Origin: Stegostoma tigrinum
Taxonomy: Eukaryota
Assembly (NCBI RefSeq): GCF_030684315.1
Contig: NC_081383.1
Coordinates: 26,705,942-26,769,941 of the forward strand
Length of the DNA stretch: 64,000 bases
Reading direction: 5' to 3'
The notes under the pieces were generated by a model that was not told the DNA's origin, made no database searches, and saw only the letters and a list, made by a program, of their open reading frames with translations. A program made the position numbers and the translations under genes. Shown here piece by piece: positions 11,498 to 24,736 of this stretch (its first letter is position 1; the number at the start of each line of letters is the position of its first letter).

Positions 11498-14400
11498 CTG
11501 CAGAGCAGAAAAGAATTAATCAGACAGTAATCAAACACGGCAGTTTACATAGACATGCCTTTAATCCCACTTTCATTGTGCATAGATTGAACAGTTTTGA
11601 AAAATGTAAGAGGAGACAGTAAAAGTCCTGAGGCAGTATCTGAATAAACAGTACATGGTTTTTAATCTAGGGCCATCATGTCATACAAGTCCACAGATAG
11701 GCAATGATAATTAGTGGGATAACAGAGATAGCATTTATTACATTTGCAAGTGGATTTCCTGTGGTACTGCTTATGAGGCTATTAAGAGAATAACTAGTGC
11801 TACCGTTAAAAGTTGCTGAGACTATTAAAAATGGCAATGTGAGCAAGGCTATGAAAAGCAAAGTTGTACAACCGGGGTATAAAAACCCCTACAAGCAGAA
11901 ACTGCCGGCTATTTTCAACAGGGCAGGAAGTAACCTATTGTACTCAAGTAAGGAAGAACATCAAACCACCAGGTGGGTTGAGAGCCCCACCAAAAAAAAG
12001 GAGAATGGCAACCCTACAGATGAGCTACCACTGGATCAGGAACAGGAGAATTAGATCAGACATCATACTACTTGATTAGGAAAATCATTCAGACAAAAGC
12101 CTCCAGATCAGGCTGGAAAACAAAGCAAGAAACAATGTTGAGCAGTCATAAGTCAGAAAATTAAGAAAAAATTCACTACAAGAAGTCGAGGAAAACCTTA
12201 AGACTTGCTAGGTAAACAACTAAAAGTATTTACCAGAGAAAAGAGCCTGAATGAAAAGGGCAAGGCTGAGGCTAGTAAACAAGAATCAGCAAGACCCATC
12301 AAAACAGTGAATAACCTTAAAATGGGTAACCAGGGAACTAAGTGTACAAATGATGAAAACAGGAAATGCAAAAGTGAAATTATATAAATAAAATAAACTG
12401 AAAAAAAATTTATAAAAATAAATATACATCCCATAGAACTGCTCAAAAGGAGGCAGACACAGCTGTACTTCAGAAATTGTAAACTGCTTGACTGAACTAT
12501 CTATTGTCCATAGTCTACAACTGCAGTGGTGCAGAAGCTGTTACATTAGCAATTTCAAGCCTAAGTGATTCTTCGACGTGACAGCAGGAAGTGGTTTACT
12601 TGTACAGAAGTACACCCATCTGCAAGATTTTTAGTGAGCTTTGGGTAGCTTTCAATTAAACCCTTTTATACTTCAACATTTGTCCCGCCAGCCGTATTCT
12701 ATAGAGCTCCTTTAACAGCTCATGCAACTCTACAAATGAGTTACACTCCAAAGGGAAACAATAATTATTGACTGGTGTCTACATGTTTAATGGTTGTGTG
12801 AATTACATGCTTCTTTGAAAACTGTTTTCTGCAAATGCCACGTTTTGCATTCATCAATAAATTTGTTTACTGACGTTCGGGTTTCTTTTCGTGAAAAATA
12901 GAACTTGCAAATGATCAATGCTCAGGTATTATAAATGCTGTAATGAAATATTTAAAATTCTGAGAAAATAACTCAAGGTCCATTAATTTTGGAGTAAACA
13001 ACTGGAGGGTAGGTCAGTGCAATTTATATCAGTGACCTGTATTGCCACTGTTACCATGGAAACACAACAGCTTGAGCGTATTAGGGGCATTGCTCGGACA
13101 GGGGTAAAAAGTGCACCACAGTGTCTGCATGAAAGCAATGAGCGTTAATTTCCTGAGAGAGGCAGAGAACAGCAAGTAACATTTCAATAACATCCCTTGC
13201 ATTCACAGAGATCTATAAATGTTTTAGGAGGTCTAAAAATAATGGATACAAAGCTGGATTCGTGAAACGTCATGGAAGGAGGAGAAATGCCAAAAGCACA
13301 CATAAAAGGGAATGCTGGGAGAACTGCATGCAGGAACCAGCGGGTAACTGAAAGTACACACAGTCTGTTAGAGGAACAGAGGAAGCACAGGTAGTGATCC
13401 AGTATTCAGAAGAGGTCTGGGCATTATGCAGAGAGATTCAGTTGGGGGAGATCAACAAGGAGGGGATACAGCAATAGCCCACAAAGGTTAAGGGCAAGAT
13501 TCATTAATTAAATTTAGTGGGGCTCAAGAAAGCATACAAGCATAGAAAGCACACAAACATCGCAGAGAAAACTACTGCCAACCCATTTGTGGTACCAGAG
13601 AAGTATCTTTAGAGACAGCTAAATTTAGACACTGTCATATTACAAATTTTATTGCAAGAACACAACATTAAGCCTGATGAATTCAATGCATATTCAGCAG
13701 ATCAACTTTTGGAACAGGCAATGCGTCATAAGTCTGCTGTGAGTCTCAGTTTCACACTAAGTCTGTCTGTGAATCCCACTGAATGAAACTGCCGTATAAA
13801 TTACATAGAATATACAGCAGAGAAAAAGTCATTTAGCCTAACGTGTCCCTGTGTCATTCATATTTCCACACTGCATTAACAATAAAACCACATGTTCCCT
13901 TCTTCCACATATGTTTCTATATTTCCCCCTTTTACTGCCTTAATGCTATTTGCATCAATAACACCTTGTGGTGGCATTGTCCACATTCATATTATTCTCT
14001 GGATAAAGAAGGTTCTTCTGAATTCTCCATCTGATTTCCCACCGAGAATCTTATACTGTTGGACTCTAGCTTTTGTCTTCTCCACAACAGAACATGCTAC
14101 CAATATGCTTTCTTCCAGGTCACACAATGAAGAAACACATCTTTACAGATATAGGTATCTTGAAGAGTCTGTAACACTTATTTTAAAACCAAAATGCTTT
14201 TAATTTAATGGACATTCTATTGCAATGTGATGCTTAATATTACAAACTGATTACATTGAAATACGTATATAAAAAGCAACATTCCTTATTAACTAGTGAC
14301 AATTGGAACTTAATTGCTGAATTAGGAATGGAGACGCTGCTGTCAGCCCTGGAATGCTTAACATTTTGCAATGTTAACTAAACAATGACAGAAGCATTGT

Positions 14401-14633
14401 AAATGGCTTCACAACATGCCCCTCCCAAAACCCCTAGGAAGATGGTGAGGCAAAACTGTCAAGGCTTATGCTTCACATTGTTAGAATGAATTATGTTAGT
14501 CACATAACACAACAGCTAACAGGAATGGTAGCTACATGCAGTCTCTATTACAACTTTAGCTAGCAGAGGCGTAACGTCACAAATAAAGCCATGACCAACT
14601 AAACCAGAAAAAATTCTGTCCATTGTTTCTTAC

Positions 14634-14816
14634 CAGACTCTGCCTGCTGACAATGAGCAACCCTTTGGCTCCATTGATCTGAGCAAGTCTTACTTTCTCA
14701 TAGAAAGTACAGTTCCCACGCATCACCATGGCAATTCTATTGCTAAACCCTTGTAAGGGCACATCTGAAGGTGTGCACAGGTCAGAGGCTGTCAGGTCCT
14801 GGAGCTGCAAGACAGA
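14634..14816 (-). CDS. SPPL2B: SPPL2B exon 3 (PA domain; SVLQLQDLTASDLC...VMRGNCTFYEKVRLAQINGAKGLLIVSRQSL)
   Basis: Polypyrimidine-TTAG acceptor, GTAAGA donor, 183 nt; RGNCTFYEKVRLAQ protease-associated domain motif. Confidence 0.96.
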
Positions 14817-15244
14817 CTAAGAGAGAAAGAATATAATTTTAGGTGTAGTTTAAACCGACTAGGTGAGATATTTTCATAATTACGTTAGTAAATCAAGAGC
14901 TTCTGCTGAAAAAATGCATCAAAATAAAGATTTCAGGTAGAACTGGAACGTTTCATTTTTGAAGTGAACATTTAAATTAAATATTACCTATTCAAATCAC
15001 TGTATTAGCATACACAATACGATAAAACTGAAGTATATAGACTAATTTCTACAGCTAATTGCAACTGAACCACAACATGTTACACGCTGCATTAGCAAAA
15101 ATAAAAAAAAAGACAATTTCTGGCAATTGTTTCCTTCACTTTTTAAGACAATGAATCTTTGCCAGGGACCTATTCCCATGGAAACAAGATACTATTGGTA
15201 CTTTGCTGAAATAGTTGTCCTTCACATGTGAGCCTACAAAATTT

Positions 15245-18200
15245 TTTGATTGATTTATTGTTGTCACATGTAGCATGTATAGTGAAAAGTGGTGTTTTGC
15301 ATGCTATAAAGACAGATAATACTAAACAAAATGCACCTGGACAGCAGATCAGAGTGTATAATACTGTGATACACTTGCAATGAAGGTGCAGAGAAAGAGA
15401 GAGATCAGAATTAACATTTGAGAGGTCTGTTCAAAGTCTGATAACCGCAGGGAAAAAGCTGATCTTGAATCTACTTGGACATGCATTCAAGTTTCTACTG
15501 TTCTGCCCAACACAAGAGGGTGGAAGAGAGTATTATTGAGGTGGAAGGGGTCTTTGATTATGTTGGTTGCTTTCCTGAGGCAGCAGAAAGTATAGATTGA
15601 GTCAATGGATGGAAGGCTCGTTTACATGATGGACTGGGCTATTCTCACAACTCTCTGTAGCTTCTTGTGGTCTTAGGAAGAGCATTGGCCATACCAAGCT
15701 GTGATGTATCCATACAGGATGCTTTCTATGCTTCCCATAGAATTGTTGTGGACATGCTGAATTGCCTTAGCCTTCTGAGGTGGTAGGGACATTGTTATAT
15801 TTTTATGACTGTCGGATCAATGTGTGCGGATTGGGAAAAATTGTCACAGTGATCATCACACCCAGCAACTTAATGCCCTTGACCATTTCTAGCTCAGCAC
15901 TTTTGACACAGATGGGGTCGTGCCCTCCACTCGCTTCCTGAATTCAATGACCAGCTCCTTGGTCATTGGTGTGTTGCCTCCCAGGTGCCAGGGTCCGTGA
16001 TGTCTCGGATCATGTCTTTGGGGTCCTGAAGGGAGAGGGTGACCAGCCCCCAGTCGTGGTCCACATAGGTACCAACAACATAGGCAGAAAGAGGGATAGG
16101 GATGTCAGGCAGGATTTCAGGGAGCTAGGGTGGAAGCTGAGAGCTAGAACAAACAGAGTGGTTATCTCTGCTTTGTTACCCATGCCACATGATAGCGAGG
16201 CAAAGAACAGGGAGAGATGTCAGTTGAACACGATGGTGCAGGGATGGTGCAGGAGAGAGGGCTTCAGGTACAGGGACAATTGGGGCTCATTCTGGGGAAG
16301 GTGGGATCTCTACAAACAGGATGGTCTCCACTTTAACCAGAGGGGCACTAATATCCTGGCTGAGGAATTTGCTCGTGCTATTCGGGTAGATTTAAACTAG
16401 CTCAGAAGAGGGATGGGAAACTGAGGTGTAGTTCCAATACACAGGAGGAAGACAGTAGGGAGGGCATGGGCAGGATCTCACTGTCAAAGGAGTGTGCTGG
16501 CAGACAGCAAGCTGATTTGAAGTGTGTCTACTTCAACGTCAGGAGTATCCGGAATAAGTTAGGTGAGCTTGCAGCATGGATAGGTACCTGGGACTTTGAT
16601 GTTGTGGCCATTTTGGAGACATGGATAGAACAGGGTCAGGAATGGATGTTGCAGGTTCCAGGGTTTAGATCTTTCATTAAGATCAGGAAAGGTGGGAAAA
16701 GAGGGGGAGGTGTGGCTTTGTTAGTCAGGGACAGTATAACGGTGGCTGAAAGAACTTTTGACGAGGACTCGGCTACTGAACTGGTATGGGCTGAGGTCAG
16801 AAACAGGAGAGGAGAGGTCACACTGCTGGGAGTTTTTTTACAGGCCTCCGCAAAGTTCCAAGGATGTGGAGGAGAGGATTGGTAAAACGATTCTGGACAG
16901 GAGTGAAAGGAACAGGGTGGTCATTATGGGAGACTTTAACTTCCCTGACATTGACTGGAATTGCTATAACTCTAGTACGTCAGATGGATCAGTTTTTGTC
17001 CAATGTGTGCAGGACAGTTTCCTGACTCAGTATGTCAAAGGGCCGACAAGAGGGGAGGCCACACTGGATCTGGTGCTTGGTAACGAACCAGGCCAGGTGT
17101 TTGATTTAGTGGTGGGTGAGCACTTTGAAGAGAGTGACCATAATTCGGTTATGTTTAGTTTAGAGATGGAAAGGGATAGAAACATGCCAAAGAGCAAGAG
17201 TTATAGATAGGGGAAGGGCAATTATAATGCGATTAGGCAAGATTTAGGAGGCACTGAATAGGGTAGCAAAATGCAGGGGATGGGGTCAATTGAAATGTGC
17301 AGCTGGTTTAAGGAACAGATATTGTGTGTCCTTGATAGCTATGTCCCTGTCAGGCAGGGAGCAAGTGATAAGGTAAGGGAACCGTGGTTTACTAAAGAAA
17401 TTGTATCTCTTGTTAAGCGGAAGAGGGAGGCTTATGTGACGTTAAGACGAAATGGTTGAGATGAAGCGATGGAGAGTTACAGATTAGCTAGGAAGGATTT
17501 AAACAGAGAGTTAAGAACAGCAAGGAGGAGACATGAGTAGACATTATCAGGTAGAATGAAGGAGAACATTAAAGCTTTCTATAGGTATGTGAGGAATAAG
17601 AAAATGACTAGGGTAGGAATAGGGCCAGTCAAAGACAGAAGTGGGAAGTTGTGTGTGGACCCTGTGGAGATCGGAGAGGTTCTAAACGAATATTTCTAAT
17701 CTGTTTTCACTCAGGAAAAGGAGAATATTGTAGAGGAGAAGACTGAGTTATGGGCTTCTAGAATTGAAAGGATTAAGGTTAGTAAGGAGGAGGTGTTATC
17801 AATTCTAGAAGGTGTGAATGTAGATAAATCCCCTGGGCCGGATGGGTTTTTTCCGAGGATTCTCTGGGAAGCTAGGGAGGAGGTGGCAGAGCCTTTGGCC
17901 TTGGTCTTTGAGTCCTCATTGTCTACAGGTTTAGTACCAGAGGACTGGAGGATTGCAAATGTTGTGCCCTTGTTCAAGAGGGCAGTAGAGATGCCCAGGT
18001 AATTATAGACCTGTCAGCCTTACGTCTGTTGTAGGAAAAGTTTTGGAAAAGATTATAAGAGATAAGATTTATACTCATCTAGCAAACCACAATTTGATTG
18101 GAGATAGTCAGCATGGATTTGTCAAGGGCAGGTCGTGTCTCACAAACCTTACTGAGTCTTTTCAGAAGGTGACCAAGCATATGGATGAGAGAGGGCAGCT

Positions 18201-19548
18201 GACGTGGTGTACATGGACTTCAGTAAAGCCTTTGATAAGGTTCCACATGGTAGGCTATTGAAGAAAATACGAAGGCATGGGATTGAGGGAGATTTAGCAG
18301 TTTGGATTAGAAACTGGCTTTTTGTAACGAGTGGTGATTGATGGAAAATATTCAGCCTGGAGTCAAGTCACTAGTGGTGTGCCTCAAGGATCTGTTTTGG
18401 GACCACTGCTGTTTGTCATTTTTATAAATGGCTTGGATGCAGACATAAGTGGATGGGTTAGTAAGTTTGCAGATGACACTAAAGTCTGTGGAGTGGTGGA
18501 CAGTGTGGAAAAATGTTGCAGGTTGCAGGAAGACTTGGATAAACTGCAGAATTGGTCTGAAAGGTGGCAAGTGGAGTTCAATGCAGATAAATGTGAGGTG
18601 ATTCACTTTGGGAAGAATAATAGGAAGGCTGAATACTGGGTCAATGGAAAGATTCTTGGTAGTGTGGACGTGCAGAGGGATCTTGGTGTCCATGTACATA
18701 GGTCCCTGAAAGTTGCCACCCAGGTTGATAGTGCTGTTAAGAAGGCTTATGGTGTGTTAGGTTTTATTGGTAGAGGGATTAAGTTCCGGAGCCGTGATGA
18801 CATGCTGCAACTGTACAAAATGCTAGTGCGGCCTCACTCGGAATATTGCATGCGGTTCTGGTTGTCCCATTACAGGAAGGATGTGGAAGCATTGGAAAAG
18901 GTGCAGAGGAGATTTACCAGGATGTTGCCTGGTCTGGAGCGCAGGATCTATGAAGAAAGTGTGAGGGACTTGGGACTTTTCTCATTGGAGAGAAGAAGGC
19001 TAAGAGGGGATTTAATAGAGACATACAAGATGATCAGAGGATTAGATAGGGTGGACAGTGAGAGTCTTTTTCCAATGATGACGACGTCAGCTTGTACGAG
19101 GGGGCATAGCTACAAATTGAGGGGTGATAGATTTAAGACAGATGTCAGAGGCAGGTTCTTTACTCAGAGAGCGGTAAGGGCGTGGAATGCCCTGCCAGCC
19201 AATGTAGTTAACTCAGCCACATTAGGGGCATTTAAACAGTCCGTGGATAAGCATACGGATAATGATGGGATAGTGCAGGGGGATGGGCTTAGATTAGTTC
19301 ACAGGTCGGCGCAACATCGCTGGCCAAAGGGCCTATTCTGCGCTGTCATGTTCTATGGTCTATGTTCCTTCATTTTGCTGACAGTGATGGCAAGATTGTT
19401 GTCTTTACACCAATGCCACTAAGCAATCAATCTCTTTCCTGCATTCTGTCTCGTTATTTGAGATCGGTATATATATGATGGTCATGTCGTCATCAAACTT
19501 TTAAATGGAGTTGAAGTGGAATTTAGCCACACGGTTGAGAGTGTATAA
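15245..19548 (-). mobile_element. Older Rex1/Babar-like LINE 3' fragment split by the CR1 (15245-15960 and 19366-19548)
   Basis: The two flanks join on the minus strand to a WCKDNNL..VSK.KELVIEFRK-like RT C-terminal motif; 3' end resembles 56865-57220. Confidence 0.65.
15961..19365 (+). mobile_element. Long CR1 LINE (ORF1 3' half, EN plus RT with stops/frameshifts) in SPPL2B intron 2
   Basis: HIGTNN/DGLH ORF1, GDFNFPDIDW EN, GVPQGSVLGPLLF and FADDTK RT, TTCTATG-like tail. Confidence 0.95.
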
Positions 19549-22500
19549 GAAAGTAATAAGTTTCCACGAACAACTTAATTTTGGATATCACTGCCACCAA
19601 GTTTGATCCTGACTCTACACAAGATCCGGCCTACTGCACTTCTGCTCAGAGGTTCACTTAATAACAATAGAGGATAACAATGGCTCATCTTCACCAAATG
19701 CTATGGTGAATTTAACACCTCAACTGCTGCTCCCACGGTGATCAGGTGATTCCACAATTTGAAATCTGATACTTTTCTGTCTGATTTATCAGACTTTGTG
19801 TCTGCGATCTCTTATTGCAATGAAACTAAATGTCACTAAACGTCAGGAACACTGAAGCCACAGTCTTTGATCCCCACTACAAACACCATGCTAAATCATT
19901 ATTTCATTCCCTTTTCCTTGTTCCGCCAAAGTCAAGCCAGGTTTGGGTATTGTATTAGGCTCCAGAATGAACTTCCAACCACATATTCACTCTATCGCCA
20001 AGACTATCTATTGCTACCTCAGCTACTTCACCTGAATTTAATGCAGATTTAGTCATCTCCTGCTGGAGTTCTCAACTATGTCTTTGTTACTGCTAGACTT
20101 CACACCTGACCTCCCATCTGCCACTGGTCATAAATTTATGCTCATCCAGAACTCTGTCACTGTATCTAAACTTACACCAAGTTCCATTCACCTACTGCCA
20201 TGCTGCTTGTTTCCCTGTGTGTCAACAGTAGGAAAAATTCCTGTCCTTATTTTCAAATCCCTCTATCCTCATGCCTCTACCTATCCCTGTAATCTCTACT
20301 GGTCCCTACAAGGAATAAAGTGAATGAACTGTAAGTATATGTCACTTCTGGTGGTATGGCATGGTTGTCATCACTGAATCATGGCTGCAAGATAGTCTGG
20401 GCTAGGAATTATAGCCTGGGCATGTAATATCTACAGAAGTGATTGGCAAGATGCTAGAGGACAAGAAGTGTCTTAAAAAATAAAATAAAATATATATAAA
20501 ATAGTGCAAACACTCAAAAAAATATAATGAGAGATAAGCAAGCAGTGGAGACTTTATGACTGACAAATAGAAAAGAGTTCATGACTGAAGTATAAGTTGT
20601 GTCTTGGCCTTCTGGTAGCATCTGCAATACAGTAGGCTGTACAAAGGCTCAGACATAAAAATAGAGTGAAGGCATAGTAGCTTTCATTTTCACCTAGACT
20701 GGAATAAGTAGATTAGCATGTCAGAATTGTAGTGAATCTCATAACTGCATCTACAGAAATACATCTTTGAGAAAACACTGCGCAATATTAGATTCAATAA
20801 AACCAGACTTTAGTTAACAATCTAACAGCATACAAACATTTATCTAATGGCAATCAGAACGTGATTGAGTTCAACACAGTGTTCAAAGTGGAGAAATGAG
20901 AAATTGCTATTCAGATTCTAGATTTATACGACAGTCTTCAAAGGGATGAGTTTTAGTTATAAGTCAACCATAATAAACAAAACAAATCAAATCTGCTTTT
21001 TGTCAAATGTTTTAAGAGGTGGCAAGTCAGAAAACCAAGCAGCTGAATTTTCTGATGAAAGATAGTCAGCATTGTGGATGGAAGGTTAATTGTTGAGACC
21101 TTCCTCTATTTAATATTATACTTTGAAAATGTGAGGTGAGAGCTGAAGGTCGGCTTTGGGCTGTGAGCAGCAGCCTTCTTTGTAAAGCAAAACAATAATT
21201 GACTGATGCTTGTATACAAGGCCTGGCCTAAAAGTTAATTGCAGGTTGATTCTTGTTAAAAAGTGCTCTACAGATGCTTGCACTCCAGAGAAGCATTACG
21301 CTCAAACGAATGCCACATGTTTGCCTAGTAACAGAAGCCTCACAGACAACGAGAAACCAAAGTTCAAACTGGTTTTGAACTGTATTTAAGTCGGAAGGAT
21401 TTTGGCTACCACAGCTACAGGATGATTAGATTGCTGCTTGAATGTTGTCTCATACTGAAAGTTCAGGCAATAGAGTTTCAGTTATCAGAACAAAAATAAA
21501 TATTCCTCAAAGCTTACTGAAGGCTATGCGCATACATCAGCATCTTCAGAAATCAAGCAAGATACAATCTCATGAGCCCGTAATGTTCTAATTGTGGAGG
21601 CTGCTTAAATGAACTGGCCAGTTACAACTCTTTTTTTTTTCTTTTTTGATTTATCTCTTAACTGTGTCTTTTTATCTTTGAGTGAGGGGCTGGAATCAAA
21701 GAAAATTAGTCTTAAAACACAGATATTAATTGGATTACATTGTGGCTTAAATTTGCTCTGATAAAGCTACTGTATTATTTAAAAATTGTGGCATGTTTTG
21801 TTTAAGCTTTAAACATGGTGTCTCAGTGTTGTGATTATTCAAAACATCTGGTTAGAAACCATTGGGGTCTACTGAGGTTCAGTGACTATTTTAATTTTCT
21901 GTGTTGTGGATACAGGGATAGGGATGATTTGGCTGGGTGTCTCTGTGTCATAACATAATATTACATAGAAATCAACAGATGAAGTGAATGGGTTAAACTG
22001 TGTCAAACGCATTTCAACTTGGCAAGCAAATATGAAACCATCCACCATGGGCCAAAACAAAAAGAGGTCAAGGAACAGTACTTACTGAAATACTAAAAAG
22101 CTAGAGATAGTACAGATCAAAATAGCTTTGGGAAATTCAGGTCCATAAATTATTGAAGTTTCACGAACAGGTACAGAACATAATCATAAAGTTGAATGGA
22201 ATGCTGGCTTCTGTATGCAGAGGATTAAAATGCAAATTGGCAGATGGAACACTTTTGCAACGAAAAGGACAAATCCTTCTCCTATCTAGCTTCATACTGA
22301 AAACTACTGGGCACAAGTAGCTCGGATGCTTATCTTCCCCACAGAAACATGCTAAATGGAAGATCAGGCTAAATTAGATACGTCACCAGCCAGGTGACAG
22401 AGGAGACACACCGAAAGAACAAGCCTGCTTCCTGGTGGGATCCAACCAGTACATTTGAAACATTACAATATGAGAAGACAGAACGACAAGTTAACTAACA

Positions 22501-22872
22501 TGTACGTACATTTTATATTTAATTTTGATTTTTTTTAAAAACCAAAGAACTCGAAATATTTTAAATTTTCACTAACATGATTTTGTTCCTTACAATTCAC
22601 CTATGCCCAATCTGATGTTGCAGACTTATCTTCAACTGCACTTGCTCTAGGTCAAGAAATTAAGTAGTGCAATTAGAGGCTTTACCTGCAGCTTTGGGGG
22701 TTGAGAAGTTACATTCCCTGTCCAGGGTCCCTCCTTGGGAGGATTTCAAAGGCATATGAACCCTCCTGGAATGAGAAGCCAGGCTGAGTTCCAGATATGC
22801 ACGATGACTATTCATTCTCTAAATGAGCATTCCGCAATGGATTTGCCAAAACGTCCTGTGATATACACTTAC

Positions 22873-22992
22873 CGCCTTACTGAGATCATGAGGTAAATAG
22901 GCCCAGTAGGGATTGAACTGGATGCAGTAATCTTTTGTATTTCCATGTTCCTTATCAGATAGGACGTGGACCATTCCATACTCAGTCACCAC
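22873..22992 (-). CDS. SPPL2B: SPPL2B exon 2 (VVTEYGMVHVLSDKEHGNTKDYCIQFNPYWAYLPHDLSKA)
   Basis: TGCAG acceptor, GTAAGT donor, 120 nt phase 0; DYCIxFNPxWAxLPHDLSKA resembles the SPPL2B luminal domain. Confidence 0.95.
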
Positions 22993-23339
22993 CTGCATAT
23001 TTCAGGGTAAAGTGCATCAGCAAAGCAACTCCAGAATGTATAAACAATGCCAGCCCACGTATGTCTCAAACCCACAAATAACTCAGTTCCTGAATTAACG
23101 CACTACATTTTGCGCAAGATGACTAACTGCACAATTACGCTCTTCATTTCCATTTTGATCATTGTTAATGATTTAATTCACTGTCAACAATACTGAGATA
23201 AAAGTTTCCTTGATCCAAGAGAAGAGAATATTCTACCACAAATGACGCATTTGAACCATGCATTGGAATTAACAGCCGGTTCAAGGGACTGTTTTTTGAA
23301 GGCCAGTGATTGCAATGACACATACTCTGCCCCACTCAG

Positions 23340-23930
23340 TGATGCAGGGAGAGGAGTAAGGGGTTAGGACATGAAGAAAAGTGCCCCAAGGGGGGGAAAC
23401 ATGGGGACTGTTGGAGGGGAGAGAAAGGGTTTGCGAGGATTAGGATGACAGGGAGAATTCGGATAGTAGTTGGAGCCAATAGAGGATGGTCTATAGTTAA
23501 AGGGGAATGGGGGAATAGCAGAGAAGTGTGGGGGTGTTTGTGGGAGGATTGGGGAGATTGCGGGGGATTTGGGGAGATTGAGCAGTGAGAACAATTGAGG
23601 GGCAAGGGATGGGGGATAGCGGGGGATGCAGGGATTGCAGAGGAGAATGGGGGAATAGCAGGGTGTGTGGGGTTTTGCAGAGAGGATGGGGAGACTGCGG
23701 TGGGGTGTGGGGGAGTGGGGAGACTGCAGGGTTGGAGTATGGTGATGTTGTGGGGGACAGGATGGGGTGATTGGATGGTGAGGATTGTGAAGGAAGGTGT
23801 ATGGGGAATAGTGGGGGGGGAGCAGATTGGGTAGAAAGGAAAGAGGGAGATGCAGAGCTGGCCTGGGGCTGAGGGTGACAGGTGTCTAGTCGGGTCCTGG
23901 GACTTGGGGGACGGGGAGAAGGAATGGGGT
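23340..23930 (+). repeat. G-rich low-complexity tract in SPPL2B intron 1
   Basis: Dozens of GGG-GGGGG runs in degenerate GGGGAGATTG-type repeats. Confidence 0.85.
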
Positions 23931-23955
23931 GCCGGCCCGGCCCCCGGGCTGATAC

Positions 23956-24003
23956 CTGACTGAGCTGAAGGACGAACAGCAGCAGCCTCACTCCCAGCGC
24001 CAT
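23956..24003 (-). CDS. SPPL2B: SPPL2B exon 1 coding part (signal peptide MALGVRLLLFVLQLSQ)
   Basis: ATG at 24003 in AAGATGGCG context, 16 codons of hydrophobic signal peptide, donor CAG|GTATC; in phase with exon 2. Confidence 0.88.
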
Positions 24004-24288
24004 CTTTCGGATGAGGTTCGGACCCCTCCAGAGACCACAATGGTAGCGTCCACTCAGGGTCCGAACAATCCAAACACACAAAAATAGGGGGAGCCTATTT
24101 TGAGGAAAGCCGGCGGCGAACGGCCGATTAACTTCGGTTTTGACTGGAGACCCAGAAGCGGCCGGTGCCGAGGGGAGGGACCCCTGACGGTGAGGGGCGG
24201 GGCAATGGGGCGGAGACAGCCGGAACTCGGGTCGGCTGCCGAGGTTAAAGGTCATGGGGTTGTGGGGTTAGAGGTCGTGGCCGTGATG
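24004..24288. promoter_or_regulatory. Bidirectional CpG/GC-rich promoter shared by SPPL2B and LSM7
   Basis: Divergent ATGs ~285 bp apart, locally high CpG, GC box GGGGCGGGG near 24194, ETS-like CCGGAA near 24220, YY1-type CGCCATCTT overlapping the SPPL2B ATG. Confidence 0.85.
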
Positions 24289-24294
24289 ATGGCG
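24289..24294 (+). CDS. LSM7: LSM7 exon 1 coding part (ATG GCG)
   Basis: ATGGCG|GTGAGT strong donor; gives MA-DKEKKKKESILDL in frame with exon 2 (an adjacent in-frame ATG at 24286 is also possible). Confidence 0.88.
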
Positions 24295-24645
24295 GTGAGT
24301 GTGTGTGTGCGGTCTTTGCTGGTGGCTGAGTTTTAAAATCTCGGGGGTTGTGTTTGGGGAAAAGAAGGCCTGTTAATGGCCCACTGGAGCCTCCGGTTAC
24401 ATTTATTATCTAATTCTTTCCTTGGGCCTATGAAAGTGGAACACCGGTTTTGTTATAACCCCCCCCCCCCCCCCCCCAATTTGGCGGTTTGTTCGTGGCC
24501 GTGTCAGAATCTCTGAGTGGGACCAGGTCGATTTAGCTGTCACGGAAACCTTGCGGGCTATCGGAGGCTCGGGTACCGATCACGAGAAGCTCGGATTGCA
24601 AGAATCGGGTTCTAACTTTCTTTGTTTTTGTTTCTTTGAATTCAG

Positions 24646-24736
24646 GATAAGGAGAAGAAAAAGAAGGAGAGTATTCTCGACCTCTCCAAGTACATAGACA
24701 AAACAATCCGTGTGAAATTTCAAGGTGGACGAGAAG
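24646..24736 (+). CDS. LSM7: LSM7 exon 2 (DKEKKKKESILDLSKYIDKTIRVKFQGGRE)
   Basis: Long pyrimidine tract-TTCAG acceptor, 91 nt, Sm1 motif; donor G|GTGCAG. Confidence 0.97.

Noticed and set aside
18331-19422. 363-aa RT ORF as an active retroelement
   Set aside because: Upstream ORF2 has stops and frameshifts and ORF1 is 5'-truncated
23336-24255. Long Pro/Ser-rich ORFs (247 and 252 aa) and Gly-rich antisense ORFs
   Set aside because: Artefacts of the G/C low-complexity tract; only the 16 codons of SPPL2B exon 1 are supported
24459-24477. Poly-C run (another at ~34635-34652)
   Set aside because: Simple homopolymers; length unreliable and no supportable function
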